Shown here piece by piece: positions 19,178 through 28,254 of a DNA stretch of 32,000 nucleotides. Where the stretch lies: the NCBI RefSeq assembly GCF_000012805.1, contig NC_007484.1:3150001-3182000 (forward strand), read 5' to 3'. Numbering within the stretch: the stretch's first letter is position 1; each line of letters starts with the position of its first letter. The notes under the pieces were generated by a model. That model was not told the DNA's origin. It made no database searches and saw only the letters and a list, made by a program, of their open reading frames with translations. The DNA is from Nitrosococcus oceani ATCC 19707 (GTDB taxonomy: Bacteria; Pseudomonadota; Gammaproteobacteria; Nitrosococcales; Nitrosococcaceae). The translations under genes and the position numbers were made by a program.

Positions 19178-19696
19178 ATGACAAGCCATGGCGTACTGCT
19201 CGTAATATTTGACTGCGGCGTTCTATTAACGGGGGAAAACAGTGTTGGTAAAAGCAGCCTAGCGTTAGAATTAATCAGACGGGGGCATCGTTTAATAGCA
19301 GACGATGCTCCCCTCTTTCAGCGCACGGCGGCAGCCCGATTAGTGGGTAGTTGCCCCCACCTATTGCAAGATTTTCTTGCTGTACCTGGCTTAGGCGCCA
19401 TCAATATTCGTGCTATCTATGGCGATCAAACCATTGCCGCGCAGCACCTTCTTGATCTCGTCATCCATCTTATCCCTAGCAAACCCATCGAGCCCCTCAC
19501 CCGCAACCTAGGCCAATGGGAGCAGTTAAACGTGAAGGTACCTGAGATCACCCTGCCCCTAATGGACACTATGCAGCCAGCCACGGTGATAGAAACGGCA
19601 GTCCAAGATCATCAGTTACGGATTAAAGGTTACGATGCATTACTTGAGCTACAGCAGCGGCAACAGGAGCTGCTTAACCCCCTCTCACCCAGGTAA
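19178..19696 (+). CDS. hprK: Short HPr kinase/phosphorylase-like protein (C-terminal catalytic domain only, motif-divergent)
   Basis: SHGVLLVIFDCGVLLTGENSVGKSSLALELIRRGHRLIADDAP matches the HprK/P C-domain (P-loop, ADD). There is no N-terminal domain. The start is uncertain: ATG 19178, GTG 19139 (GTGA overlap with the ptsN stop) or ATG 19100. Confidence 0.7.
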   Translation: MTSHGVLLVIFDCGVLLTGENSVGKSSLALELIRRGHRLIADDAPLFQRTAAARLVGSCPHLLQDFLAVPGLGAINIRAIYGDQTIAAQHLLDLVIHLIPSKPIEPLTRNLGQWEQLNVKVPEITLPLMDTMQPATVIETAVQDHQLRIKGYDALLELQQRQQELLNPLSPR

Positions 19697-19754
19697 AAGT
19701 AAGGAGTGCCTTGGGAGCCTGATCATTTAATGCAAGAGGACTGGCAAAATACTC

Positions 19755-20600
19755 ATGAAATTGCATATTATCAGTGGTGTATCGGGATCAGGCAAAAGCA
19801 TCGCCCTCCATGCCTTAGAAGATCGGGATTACTATTGCATTGATAACCTGCCTATCTACCTTCTTCCCACTTTTGCCAAAAGAATGCAGCGGGACGCTCG
19901 TCAACTCCGTGCCGCTATCGGTATTGATGCCCGCAATCTCCCCCAAGAATTACGACAGTTTCCGCAGATCCTAGAGGAAATAGAAAGAGCTGGAGTCCAC
20001 TGTCATATCATTTTTCTTGATGCCAGTGATACGACACTTCTTAAACGCTTTAGCGAAACCCGTCGCAAACATCCATTAAGCCATATTCCCCTAGCCGAGG
20101 CAATCCACTGTGAGCGGGCTCTATTAGGGACCATTGCTGAAAAGGCCGATCTCAGGATCGACACCACCTGTACCACGATACATCAGCTCCGAGACTTAAT
20201 TAGCGAACGAATCGGCGATGATGCGCGTCCAGGGATGTCCCTATTGTTCCAATCTTTTGGCTATAAACATGGGGTTCCCCTCGACGCTGATTTTGTGTTT
20301 GATGTTCGCTGCCTTCCCAACCCCCATTGGGAACCCCATTTACGTCCCTTAAGTGGTCGTGACTCAGAAGTAATTGCCTACCTCAAGCGTCATGAGACAG
20401 TCACCCAAATGCAGCAGGACTTGATTACCTTCCTGCAACATTGGCTGCAACGGTTTCAAAACACCAATCGCAGTTACTTGACTGTTGCTATCGGATGTAC
20501 AGGGGGGCAGCATCGTTCAGTTTATTTAGCCGAGCAGCTCAAAGCCCATTTCCACTCTCTGCATGCTCGAGTACTTTGCCGCCACCGGGAATTATCATGA
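19755..20600 (+). CDS. rapZ: RNase adapter protein RapZ (YhbJ)
   Basis: 281 aa. N-terminal P-loop GVSGSGKS and C-terminal motif GCTGGQHRSV. Confidence 0.93.
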   Translation: MKLHIISGVSGSGKSIALHALEDRDYYCIDNLPIYLLPTFAKRMQRDARQLRAAIGIDARNLPQELRQFPQILEEIERAGVHCHIIFLDASDTTLLKRFSETRRKHPLSHIPLAEAIHCERALLGTIAEKADLRIDTTCTTIHQLRDLISERIGDDARPGMSLLFQSFGYKHGVPLDADFVFDVRCLPNPHWEPHLRPLSGRDSEVIAYLKRHETVTQMQQDLITFLQHWLQRFQNTNRSYLTVAIGCTGGQHRSVYLAEQLKAHFHSLHARVLCRHRELS

Positions 20601-21004
20601 CTGTTGGCGTGCTAATCATCACTCACGGCAATATTGGCTCATCCCTATTAGATACGACCAATGACATGCTGGGAAGCTGTCCCCTCCAGCTCAAAATACT
20701 CCGAGTTACCCGCGCTTCTCACCCTGATGCCTTACGGCAACAAACAAAAGAGATGATAAACTGCTTAAACACGGGCCAGGGGGTTTTAATACTCACCGAT
20801 ATGTATGGTTCCACCCCCAGCAACATCGCCTGCTACGCAGCGGATGAGCAGCAGGTACGGGTCGTTACAGGTCTGAACTTACCGATGCTGATACGGGTAC
20901 TGAATTACCCATTTTTAAGCCTCACTAAGCTAGCAGAAAAAGCAATAAGCGGCGGGCGTGAAGGAGTTTACACCTGCCTTACCACAAATGAGGGCACAGA
21001 ATGA
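20597..21004 (+). CDS. PTS EIIA component, mannose/fructose family (soluble, stand-alone)
   Basis: Start moved to ATG 20597, giving an ATGA overlap with the rapZ stop. MTVGVLIITHGNIG carries the EIIA-Man phospho-His context. LILTDMYGSTPSN is typical of the family. 135 aa. Confidence 0.85.
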   Translation: MTVGVLIITHGNIGSSLLDTTNDMLGSCPLQLKILRVTRASHPDALRQQTKEMINCLNTGQGVLILTDMYGSTPSNIACYAADEQQVRVVTGLNLPMLIRVLNYPFLSLTKLAEKAISGGREGVYTCLTTNEGTE

Positions 21005-21270
21005 CACAAAGTGAGGTGACTATTATTAATAAACTGGGGCTGCATGCCCGTGCCGCAGCTAAATTCGTCACGCTAGCATCACGCTTTAAAAGCGAGATAT
21101 GTGTTCGGAAGGGGACAAAGGAGGTTAATGGAAAAAGCATCATGGGGGTAATGATGCTAGCTGCATCCCAGGGAACACGCCTGTCCATTGTCGTCTCGGG
21201 GCCCGATGAAAAGGAAGCACTTGAACAGCTGCAAGCGCTGGTCAATAAGCGATTTGGAGAGCATGAATAA
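21001..21270 (+). CDS. ptsH: Phosphocarrier protein HPr/NPr
   Basis: 89 aa. His15 motif GLHARAA and Ser46 motif GKSIMGVMML. ATGA overlap with the preceding gene. Confidence 0.92.
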   Translation: MTQSEVTIINKLGLHARAAAKFVTLASRFKSEICVRKGTKEVNGKSIMGVMMLAASQGTRLSIVVSGPDEKEALEQLQALVNKRFGEHE

Positions 21271-21323
21271 TCATAAATTCCATCCCCTTATTAGGGGGGA
21301 AAGCATTCCCTTAGGATCCTGCG

Positions 21324-23072
21324 ATGACCCTTGAGCTGCACGGGATCGGCGTCTCCCGAGGCGTTGCTATCGGTAAAGTCCACATGCTTTCCCGCGATCA
21401 ACCCGAGGTCAATGAGTACATCCTGCCATCGAATCTCATCGAAAGTGAAGTTCAACGGTACCAAGCGGCGCTCATTACCGCTAAGGCGCAACTACAGTCT
21501 ATTCAAGAGCAAATTCCCGATAATATTTCAACGGATATAGCCGCTTTTATCAACACCCACCTGCTAATGCTCGAAGACAAGGCACTAGTTAGCGTGCCCG
21601 TGGAGCTTATACAGACCCGGCACTGCAATGCTGAATGGGCGCTCAAACTACAGCGTGACGCTCTAGTTAGCGTTTTTGATGAAATGGACGACTCTTATCT
21701 TCGCACTCGCAAAAATGATGTAGACCACGTTGTTAATCGTATTCTACGCACACTTACTAATCAGGAGAGCCCCTACCATGAAGCCCTTGGTAGCCGCCTT
21801 AAAGGATATATCTTACTTGCCGACGACTTAACCCCGGCAGATATTGTCTTGATGCAGCAGCAACAAGTGGGTGGATTTGCAACCGAGCATGGCGGCGCTA
21901 ATTCCCATACCAGTATTCTTGCCCGCAGCCTGGGTATTCCTGCTATCGTTGGCCTGCGCGGGGCTCGCCGCTATGTCCAGGATGATGAATTACTCATTAT
22001 TGATGGTGGACAAGGAATCTTGCTTGCAGGAGTCGATGATCCTCTTATTAAGAAATTTCAGGAGAGGCGGGCCGATCAACAACGCCGGCTGGCGGCTCTA
22101 GCAGCATTCCGGGGTCGGCCTGCGGTTACCCTTGAAGGACAACTCATTACACTGGAGGCTAACATTGAATTACCGGAAGATTTACCTCTCGTAACCGATT
22201 CTGGCGCCGAAGGAATCGGCCTCTATCGCACTGAATTTTTATACATGAATCGTACCGCCCCTCCCGACGAAGAGGAGCAGCTAAAAGCCTACACGCGGGT
22301 GGTGGAAGCCCTGGGGGGTGCTCCGGTAACCATTCGCACGGTCGATCTTGGTGCTGACAAGACGGTAGACGGAAGCTATAGCAATGCCTCAGTTGCCACT
22401 AACCCCGCCTTAGGACTACGTGCTATTCGCCTATGCCTACGAAAACCGGGGCTATTTCGCCCTCAGTTACGGGCCATTCTCCGAGCCTCGGCACGAGGTC
22501 CCGTGCGGTTGCTATTGCCGATGATCTGCACCCTCCAGGAACTAACCCAGGTTATGGCATTGTTAGAGGACTGCAAACGGGAACTGAAACGCCAAGGACT
22601 GAAATACGACCCCGCCTTGCCGGTGGGTGCTATGATTGAAGTTCCCGCTACGGCTATCTGTGCTGAGGTTTTTGCTCGCCATCTGGATTTCCTTTCCATT
22701 GGCACCAATGATCTCACTCAATATACACTTGCTATTGACCGTATTGATGATGAGGTGAACTACCTCTATAGTCCCTTACACCCAGCAGTCTTACATCTCA
22801 TTCATCGCACTATCGCTGCCGGAGAGAAAACAGGCACGGCAGTCGCCATGTGTGGGGAAATGGCGGGAGATATTCACTATACTCGGCTGCTGTTGGCGTT
22901 GGGGCTGCGGGATTTTAGTATGCACCCCGCTTCCCTACTAGAAGTCAAACAGGTGATCACCGAAAGCGATCAGCGAAAGCTAACGGGATTAGCTCAGCAG
23001 ATTTTAGAGTGCTGCGATCTTTCGGAAATGCAAGCGCTATTAGAACAAATTAATGAAGGTCTACCCCATTAA
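21324..23072 (+). CDS. ptsI: Phosphoenolpyruvate-protein phosphotransferase (Enzyme I, no GAF domain)
   Basis: 582 aa. Phospho-His motif GGANSHTSILARSLGIPA, PEP-utilising C-domain with MCGEMAGD, and AGGA SD. Confidence 0.93.
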   Translation: MTLELHGIGVSRGVAIGKVHMLSRDQPEVNEYILPSNLIESEVQRYQAALITAKAQLQSIQEQIPDNISTDIAAFINTHLLMLEDKALVSVPVELIQTRHCNAEWALKLQRDALVSVFDEMDDSYLRTRKNDVDHVVNRILRTLTNQESPYHEALGSRLKGYILLADDLTPADIVLMQQQQVGGFATEHGGANSHTSILARSLGIPAIVGLRGARRYVQDDELLIIDGGQGILLAGVDDPLIKKFQERRADQQRRLAALAAFRGRPAVTLEGQLITLEANIELPEDLPLVTDSGAEGIGLYRTEFLYMNRTAPPDEEEQLKAYTRVVEALGGAPVTIRTVDLGADKTVDGSYSNASVATNPALGLRAIRLCLRKPGLFRPQLRAILRASARGPVRLLLPMICTLQELTQVMALLEDCKRELKRQGLKYDPALPVGAMIEVPATAICAEVFARHLDFLSIGTNDLTQYTLAIDRIDDEVNYLYSPLHPAVLHLIHRTIAAGEKTGTAVAMCGEMAGDIHYTRLLLALGLRDFSMHPASLLEVKQVITESDQRKLTGLAQQILECCDLSEMQALLEQINEGLPH

Positions 23073-23242
23073 TTTTTCTTGAAATTAAGAATTTCTCTCT
23101 TCCAATCCATCGAACTGACTCCTCCAAATTTTTGCTCTGCTTAAGCTACAACAGTGTCCAGCTCCTCCCTTCCCTCGGTAGAATACAAAGTACTTCAAAC
23201 CAGTTTTCTCTATCCTCATTAATTCAATACGAGGAGTTATTC

Positions 23243-24601
23243 ATGCTGCAACCCACCTCCCCGGAAAGGGGGAATGAGTATTTAAACGCCCTGGCGGCGG
23301 CACTTGAGAGCGGTCGCATGGTGCGCCTACGGCGCCTGCTCAGCAGCTTGCATCCTGCTGAAGTGGCTCATTTATTAGAGTCATTGCCACCTTCAACCCG
23401 GCTTTTAGCCTGGCGGCTCGTGGGCACCGAGCATCAAGGCGTAGTTTTAAGCTATGTTGGCGACGAGGTGCGTTCCGATCTCATGGACAATATTGCGGTA
23501 GAAGATCTGGCTTCGCTGACGGAGAACTTGGACCCCGACGATTTGGCTAACATTCTCCGGGAGCTGCCCGAAGCCGCGATCGAGCAGATTTTACATACCA
23601 TGGATGCTCAGAATCGGCGCCGCTTGGAGACCGTGCTTTCCTATCCGGAAGATACCGCCGGTGGTCTCATGAACACCGACACCATCACCGTTCGCGCTGA
23701 TGTCACCCTAGACGTTGTTCATCGCTACCTGCGCCTCCTAGGAACACTTCCAGACACCACGGACAGTTTGTTCGTCGTGGACCGGGAAGATAAATACCAG
23801 GGAATATTACGACTTACCACTCTGCTAACGCGAAAATGGGAGCTGACAGTAACGGAAGTCATGTCCCATGGCGTAGAAAGTATTCCTGCCTCGTTGCCTA
23901 CCGTTGAGGTCGCCCAACGCTTCGAAAAAAGGGATTTAATTTCAGCTCCTGTTGTAGATGAGGAGGGGAAATTACTAGGCCGGATCACCATTGATGACGT
24001 GGTTGACGTGATTCGAGACGAGGCAGATCGCTCCTTGATGAATATGGCCGGGCTTGCCGAGGATGAGGATACCTTTGCCCCAGTATTAATTAGTCTACGG
24101 CAGCGTTCCCTCTGGTTGGGGATTAACCTGATGACTGCTTTCCTTGCAGCCTGGGTCATTGGACTGTTTGAGGCAACAATTCAGAAGCAAGTGGCCCTGG
24201 CGGTACTAATGCCTATCGTGGCCAGCATGGGAGGCATTGCAGGCAGTCAAACGCTCACCTTGATCATCCGCGCCACTGCCCTTGGCTATCTTAATCAAAG
24301 CAATACCCGCTGGCTTTTAGGTAAAGAATTAGCCTTGGGCGCCCTTAATGGGCTCCTTTGGGCGGTGGTAATAGGAGTAGTCTCTGCCATCTGGTTTAAA
24401 GGAATTGGGTTAGGTATTTTGATTGGGGCCGCCATCATTATCAATCTAATTTTTGCTGCCCTTTCAGGGGTTGTTATCCCAATTTTTTTACGGCGGATAG
24501 GAGCTGATCCAGCCTTAGCCGGTGGTGTGCTGCTCACTACCATCACCGATGTGGTAGGGTTTATGGCCTTTCTAGGGTTTGCGACGCTCTATTTGGTTTG
24601 A
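23243..24601 (+). CDS. mgtE: Magnesium transporter MgtE
   Basis: Start moved to ATG 23243, with GAGGAG 6 nt upstream. MgtE N-domain, CBS pair, and TM domain with PIVASMGGIAGSQT. 452 aa. Confidence 0.92.
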   Translation: MLQPTSPERGNEYLNALAAALESGRMVRLRRLLSSLHPAEVAHLLESLPPSTRLLAWRLVGTEHQGVVLSYVGDEVRSDLMDNIAVEDLASLTENLDPDDLANILRELPEAAIEQILHTMDAQNRRRLETVLSYPEDTAGGLMNTDTITVRADVTLDVVHRYLRLLGTLPDTTDSLFVVDREDKYQGILRLTTLLTRKWELTVTEVMSHGVESIPASLPTVEVAQRFEKRDLISAPVVDEEGKLLGRITIDDVVDVIRDEADRSLMNMAGLAEDEDTFAPVLISLRQRSLWLGINLMTAFLAAWVIGLFEATIQKQVALAVLMPIVASMGGIAGSQTLTLIIRATALGYLNQSNTRWLLGKELALGALNGLLWAVVIGVVSAIWFKGIGLGILIGAAIIINLIFAALSGVVIPIFLRRIGADPALAGGVLLTTITDVVGFMAFLGFATLYLV

Positions 24602-24680
24602 TTAAGAACAGTCTAATCGAGGGTAATGATAGCGCTAGAAAGCCCCCCGGCCTTCGCCTATTTGCGGGCCTTCTACCCCC

Positions 24681-24733
24681 CTTTCCTAGCCTGAAGGCGG
24701 TACGGAACCCATGGCGCCATTCAGGCCAGGAAA
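24681..24733. repeat. Long imperfect inverted repeat/hairpin between convergent mgtE and mdh
   Basis: CTTTCCTAGCCTGAAGGCG...CGCCATTCAGGCCAGGAAAG. About 19 potential base pairs with one mismatch and one bulge, and a 15-nt loop. No U-tract on either side. Confidence 0.4.
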
Positions 24734-24794
24734 GTTAAAGGATCAATGTTGCCCATGAGAAAAAGAAGGCGCCATCCAAGCCCCTATTCCCTCC

Positions 24795-25730
24795 TCAAGC
24801 CCTTGCAAGATGCGCAAGATCAGTCCGAATAGCCTCTACCGAGTGCTTAAATTGCTCTTGTTCTTCTTCGGTCAGGGGCAATTCTACGATACGCTCTAAA
24901 CCGTCCCCCCCCAGGACACTGGGAACGCCCATCGCCACTTCATTTTCACCATACTCGCCTTGCAAGATCGCCACACAGGGCAGGATACGCTTGCGGTTAT
25001 GGCGAATTGCATCGACCATCCCCGCAATAGCTGCTGCTGGTGCATCGTAGGCGCTGCTGGTCTGCCGCAAACGGAGAATTTCAAAGCCTCCATGGCGAGT
25101 TCGCTCAATAATTTTTTCAATGACCTGTTGGTCAAGAAAATGGGTCAAGGGTATTCCGCTGATAGTTGTATAGCGAATAAGCGGCAACATCGTATCCCCA
25201 TGCCCGCCTAGTACCATCGCCGAAATGTCTTTAACTGATAAACCCGTCTCGCCGGCAATAAAACTAGCCATTCGTGCCGAATCCAATACACCTGCTTGGC
25301 CAAATACCCGTGCTCGATCCCAACCACAGTGACGCCAGGCATGATAGGTCAGCACATCCACGGGATTAGTCACAATCATCACTAAAGATTGAGGGGCAAA
25401 ACGCATCACGTTATTCATGATGTCGGTAATAATGGGAAGATTAGAATCCAAAACATCAGAACGGGACATCCCCGGTTTTCTCGGCTTACCCGCCGTAATG
25501 ACGACTAAATCCGAGTCTGCAATTAATTCATAGTTGGTCGAGCCCGTTACCCGAGCATCAAAATCAAATAAAGGCGCTGATTGCTGAATATCCAAGGCAG
25601 CCCCTTGAGCAACTCCCTCCTGCGCATCGAGTAGCACCAATTCTCGGCAAAGCTCATTTTTGACAAGGAACTGAGCCGTTGCTTCACCTACCCGACCCGC
25701 GCCCACAATGGTGATTTTTTTTATCGCCAT
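24795..25730 (-). CDS. mdh: Malate dehydrogenase (LDH-like, type 3 MDH)
   Basis: 311 aa. Rossmann motif KITIVGAGRVG. The substrate-loop sequence AGKPRKPGMSRSDVL has Arg at the LDH-Gln102 position, which indicates MDH. Catalytic GGHGDTMLP. GGAGGA SD. Confidence 0.88.
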   Translation of the reverse strand: MAIKKITIVGAGRVGEATAQFLVKNELCRELVLLDAQEGVAQGAALDIQQSAPLFDFDARVTGSTNYELIADSDLVVITAGKPRKPGMSRSDVLDSNLPIITDIMNNVMRFAPQSLVMIVTNPVDVLTYHAWRHCGWDRARVFGQAGVLDSARMASFIAGETGLSVKDISAMVLGGHGDTMLPLIRYTTISGIPLTHFLDQQVIEKIIERTRHGGFEILRLRQTSSAYDAPAAAIAGMVDAIRHNRKRILPCVAILQGEYGENEVAMGVPSVLGGDGLERIVELPLTEEEQEQFKHSVEAIRTDLAHLARA

Positions 25731-25926
25731 GATCTATTCCTCCATTTCGGCTAATTAAATTAGATCAAATTCTAGTCCTTGGACAGGCTCCTGTCCGAGT
25801 AAATGCCGATCTGCTTTTGTTATTGGTACAATAACTAATCATTATAAATAGCGTAGATCTTTCATTTCCATGATGTCCAACCTTTATTTAGTCCGGCACA
25901 CCAGTCGCTGGACTTTCCCCTGATTC

Positions 25927-27081
25927 ATGCAAACGAAAACCCCTACGCCCCCCTATTGGCGTCTCTCCGGATTCTATTTGTTCTACTTTGCGACCCTAGG
26001 CGCACTGCTCCCCTATTGGGGCCTCTACTTGCAGTCTCTAGGATTTGCTCCCCAAAAAATCGGCGAACTCATGGCCCTGCTTATGGCGACTAGGGTTTTA
26101 GCGCCTAATATCTGGGGCTATATAGCCGATCATAGCGGCAAGCGCATGATTATTGTCCGTATGGCCTCTTTACTGGCTGCCCTTGCCTTCAGCGCGGTGT
26201 ACCTAAATCACGATTACTGGACTCTAGCAGGGATAATGGTGATCTTTAGTTTCTTCTGGAATGGAACTTTAGCCCAAGTTGAAGTCACTACCCTAACTCA
26301 TCTTGGAAAGAAAACCCACCACTACAGCCGGATTCGCCTCTGGGGTTCGGTGGGCTTTATCCTCAGCGTGGCACTGCTTGGCGCTACCTTAGATCGTACG
26401 AGCATAGATCTTTTACCGACCGTAATTTTGATCTTAATGACTAGTATTTGGTTAATGAGCCTTACAGTGCCAGAAAGTAATATAAATCTCCCTCGCAAAG
26501 ACTGCGGCTCCTTGTGGGGAGTGTTGCAAAAACCGGAAGTTCTGACTTTCTTCGCGGCGACTTTCCTGATGCAAGCTAGCCATGGTCCCTATTACACTTT
26601 CTATACTATATATATGGAAGGGTACGGTTACAGCCGTAGCCTCATTGGTTACTTATGGGCCCTAGGAGTCATCGCCGAGGTAGGATTATTTCTTACCATG
26701 CATCGTTTGCTGCCAACATTAGGAGTTCGCTGGATGCTGCTCGGGAGCTTGCTGCTTGCAAGTCTCCGTTGGCTGCTAGTGGGCTTGTTCCCCACCCAAT
26801 TTTCTTTGATGGTCTTTGCACAACTCTTGCATGCCGCCACTTTCGGTTCTTTCCATGCTGCGGCCATCGACTGGATTCACCACCGTTTTACTGGTATTCA
26901 CCAAGGCCGGGGGCAAGCTCTTTACAGCAGCCTTGGCTTCGGTGCGGGGGGAGCCTTTGGAAGTTTTTACAGTGGTCAGCTATGGGCCATGGAACCTCGC
27001 AGCGCCTATCTAGCTGCCGCCGTCATTGGAATTGCCGCCTTTTGCCTCGCCTATCCCACCATTAACCGTCCGCCAAGATAG
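25927..27081 (+). CDS. MFS transporter (MFS_1-like, HcaT-like)
   Basis: 384 aa with about 12 predicted TM helices. The N-terminal sequence FYLFYFATLGALLPYWGLYLQSLGF is typical of this MFS subgroup. Substrate is unknown and there is no obvious SD. Confidence 0.75.
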   Translation: MQTKTPTPPYWRLSGFYLFYFATLGALLPYWGLYLQSLGFAPQKIGELMALLMATRVLAPNIWGYIADHSGKRMIIVRMASLLAALAFSAVYLNHDYWTLAGIMVIFSFFWNGTLAQVEVTTLTHLGKKTHHYSRIRLWGSVGFILSVALLGATLDRTSIDLLPTVILILMTSIWLMSLTVPESNINLPRKDCGSLWGVLQKPEVLTFFAATFLMQASHGPYYTFYTIYMEGYGYSRSLIGYLWALGVIAEVGLFLTMHRLLPTLGVRWMLLGSLLLASLRWLLVGLFPTQFSLMVFAQLLHAATFGSFHAAAIDWIHHRFTGIHQGRGQALYSSLGFGAGGAFGSFYSGQLWAMEPRSAYLAAAVIGIAAFCLAYPTINRPPR

Positions 27082-27092
27082 GTCGAACGCAT

Positions 27093-27125
27093 AAAAAAAG
27101 GGCGGAGTTTAGCCCGCCCTTTTTT
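27093..27125. terminator. Bidirectional Rho-independent terminator between MFS gene and fba
   Basis: AAAAAAA-GGGCGG-agtttagc-CCGCCC-TTTTTT. A 6-bp GC stem (27100-27105 / 27114-27119) is flanked by an A-tract and a T-tract. The genes are convergent. Confidence 0.85.
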
Positions 27126-27189
27126 CCTCTAGTACTGCTATCCAAAATTCCCTATGCCTTAGGGATTAAGGATAAGGGTCAATTAATAC

Positions 27190-28254
27190 TTAATTAACCC
27201 TGGGGTCCAGTTCCCCACTAGCATAACGCTTGAACATGGCTTCCAAGGAAAGTGGTTTAATCTTGGAAGCATGGCCGGCACAACCAAAAGCTTCAAAACG
27301 GGCCTGGCAGATATCCTTCATAGCCGCCGTTGATGCCTTAAGGTATTTGCGGGGATCGAAGTTTTTCGGATTCTCAGCTAAATTCTTGCGGATAGCACCG
27401 GTTGCTGCAAGGCGCAGATCCGTATCCACATTAACCTTTCGTACTCCATGCCGGATTCCCTCTTGAATTTCTTTTACAGGCACACCGTAAGTTTCACCGA
27501 TATCACCGCCAAACTCATGGATGATCTTCAACCAGTCCTGGGGCACGGAGCTGGAGCCATGCATTACCAGATGAGTATCAGGAATACGGGCGTGAATTTC
27601 CTTGATCCGCCCAATGGCTAAAATATCACCGGTTGGTGGGCGGGTAAATTTGTAGGCCCCATGGCTGGTACCAATGGCAATAGCTAAAGCATCTACTTTC
27701 GTTTTCTTAACAAAATCCGCAGCTTCCTCGGGATTGGTAAGTAATTGATCGTGGCTAAGCTGGCCTTCGGCGCCCGATCCATCTTCCTCGCCCGCCATAC
27801 CAGTTTCCAGAGAACCCAGACAACCCAACTCGCCCTCCACGGAAACTCCACCGGCGCGGGCCATATCCACCACCTGCCGGGTTACATTGACATTGTATTC
27901 GTAACTTGACGGAGTTTTCATATCTGCCATCAACGAACCATCCATCATCACCGAAGTAAAACCAGACTGGATGGAACGCAGGCAAACCGCGGGCTCCGCT
28001 CCGTGATCCTGATGCATGCAAATTGGAATATGGGGATATTGCTCCACCGCCGCCTCAATCAAATGGCGTAAGAACGGCTCGCCGGCATAAGAGCGGGCAC
28101 CTGCTGAAGCCTGCATGATCGCAGGACTATCGACGGCATCGGCCGCTTGCATGATTGAGTGAACCTGCTCCATATTATTGACGTTAAAGGCGGGAATACC
28201 AAAGCTATGTTCCGCGGCATAGTCAAGCAATTGACGCAATGTTATTAAGGCCAT
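27190..28254 (-). CDS. fba: Fructose-1,6-bisphosphate aldolase, class II (CbbA/Calvin-cycle subtype)
   Basis: 354 aa. [30 protein letters not shown], the metal ligands HQDHG and HGSSSVP, and GAGGA SD. Confidence 0.93.
   Translation of the reverse strand: MALITLRQLLDYAAEHSFGIPAFNVNNMEQVHSIMQAADAVDSPAIMQASAGARSYAGEPFLRHLIEAAVEQYPHIPICMHQDHGAEPAVCLRSIQSGFTSVMMDGSLMADMKTPSSYEYNVNVTRQVVDMARAGGVSVEGELGCLGSLETGMAGEEDGSGAEGQLSHDQLLTNPEEAADFVKKTKVDALAIAIGTSHGAYKFTRPPTGDILAIGRIKEIHARIPDTHLVMHGSSSVPQDWLKIIHEFGGDIGETYGVPVKEIQEGIRHGVRKVNVDTDLRLAATGAIRKNLAENPKNFDPRKYLKASTAAMKDICQARFEAFGCAGHASKIKPLSLEAMFKRYASGELDPRVN

Noticed and set aside
20441-20596. N-terminal extension of the EIIA-Man track ORF overlapping rapZ
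   Set aside because: The extension is an alternative frame of the rapZ 3' end. The EIIA-Man fold starts at MTVGVLIITHG, and ATG 20597 gives an ATGA overlap with the rapZ stop.
23132-23242. N-terminal extension of the mgtE track ORF (non-ATG start at 23132)
   Set aside because: A strong GAGGAG SD sits 6 nt before ATG 23243. The upstream part is S/L-rich with no MgtE similarity.
23073-23242. Possible Mg2+ riboswitch (M-box) in the 170-bp leader of mgtE
   Set aside because: I could not find the multi-helix GC-rich architecture or conserved M-box core. The region is AT-rich with only a weak GAAATT/AATTTC stem. M-box elements are mainly a Firmicute feature.
25894-25909. Sigma54-like string CGGCAC-accag-TCGCT upstream of the MFS gene
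   Set aside because: GG-N10-GC spacing is present, but the GC lies only 19 nt before the ATG. That leaves about 7 nt of leader and no room for an SD. The first T of TGG and the TTGC core are both degenerate. It is probably a chance match and serves as a warning about the false-positive rate.
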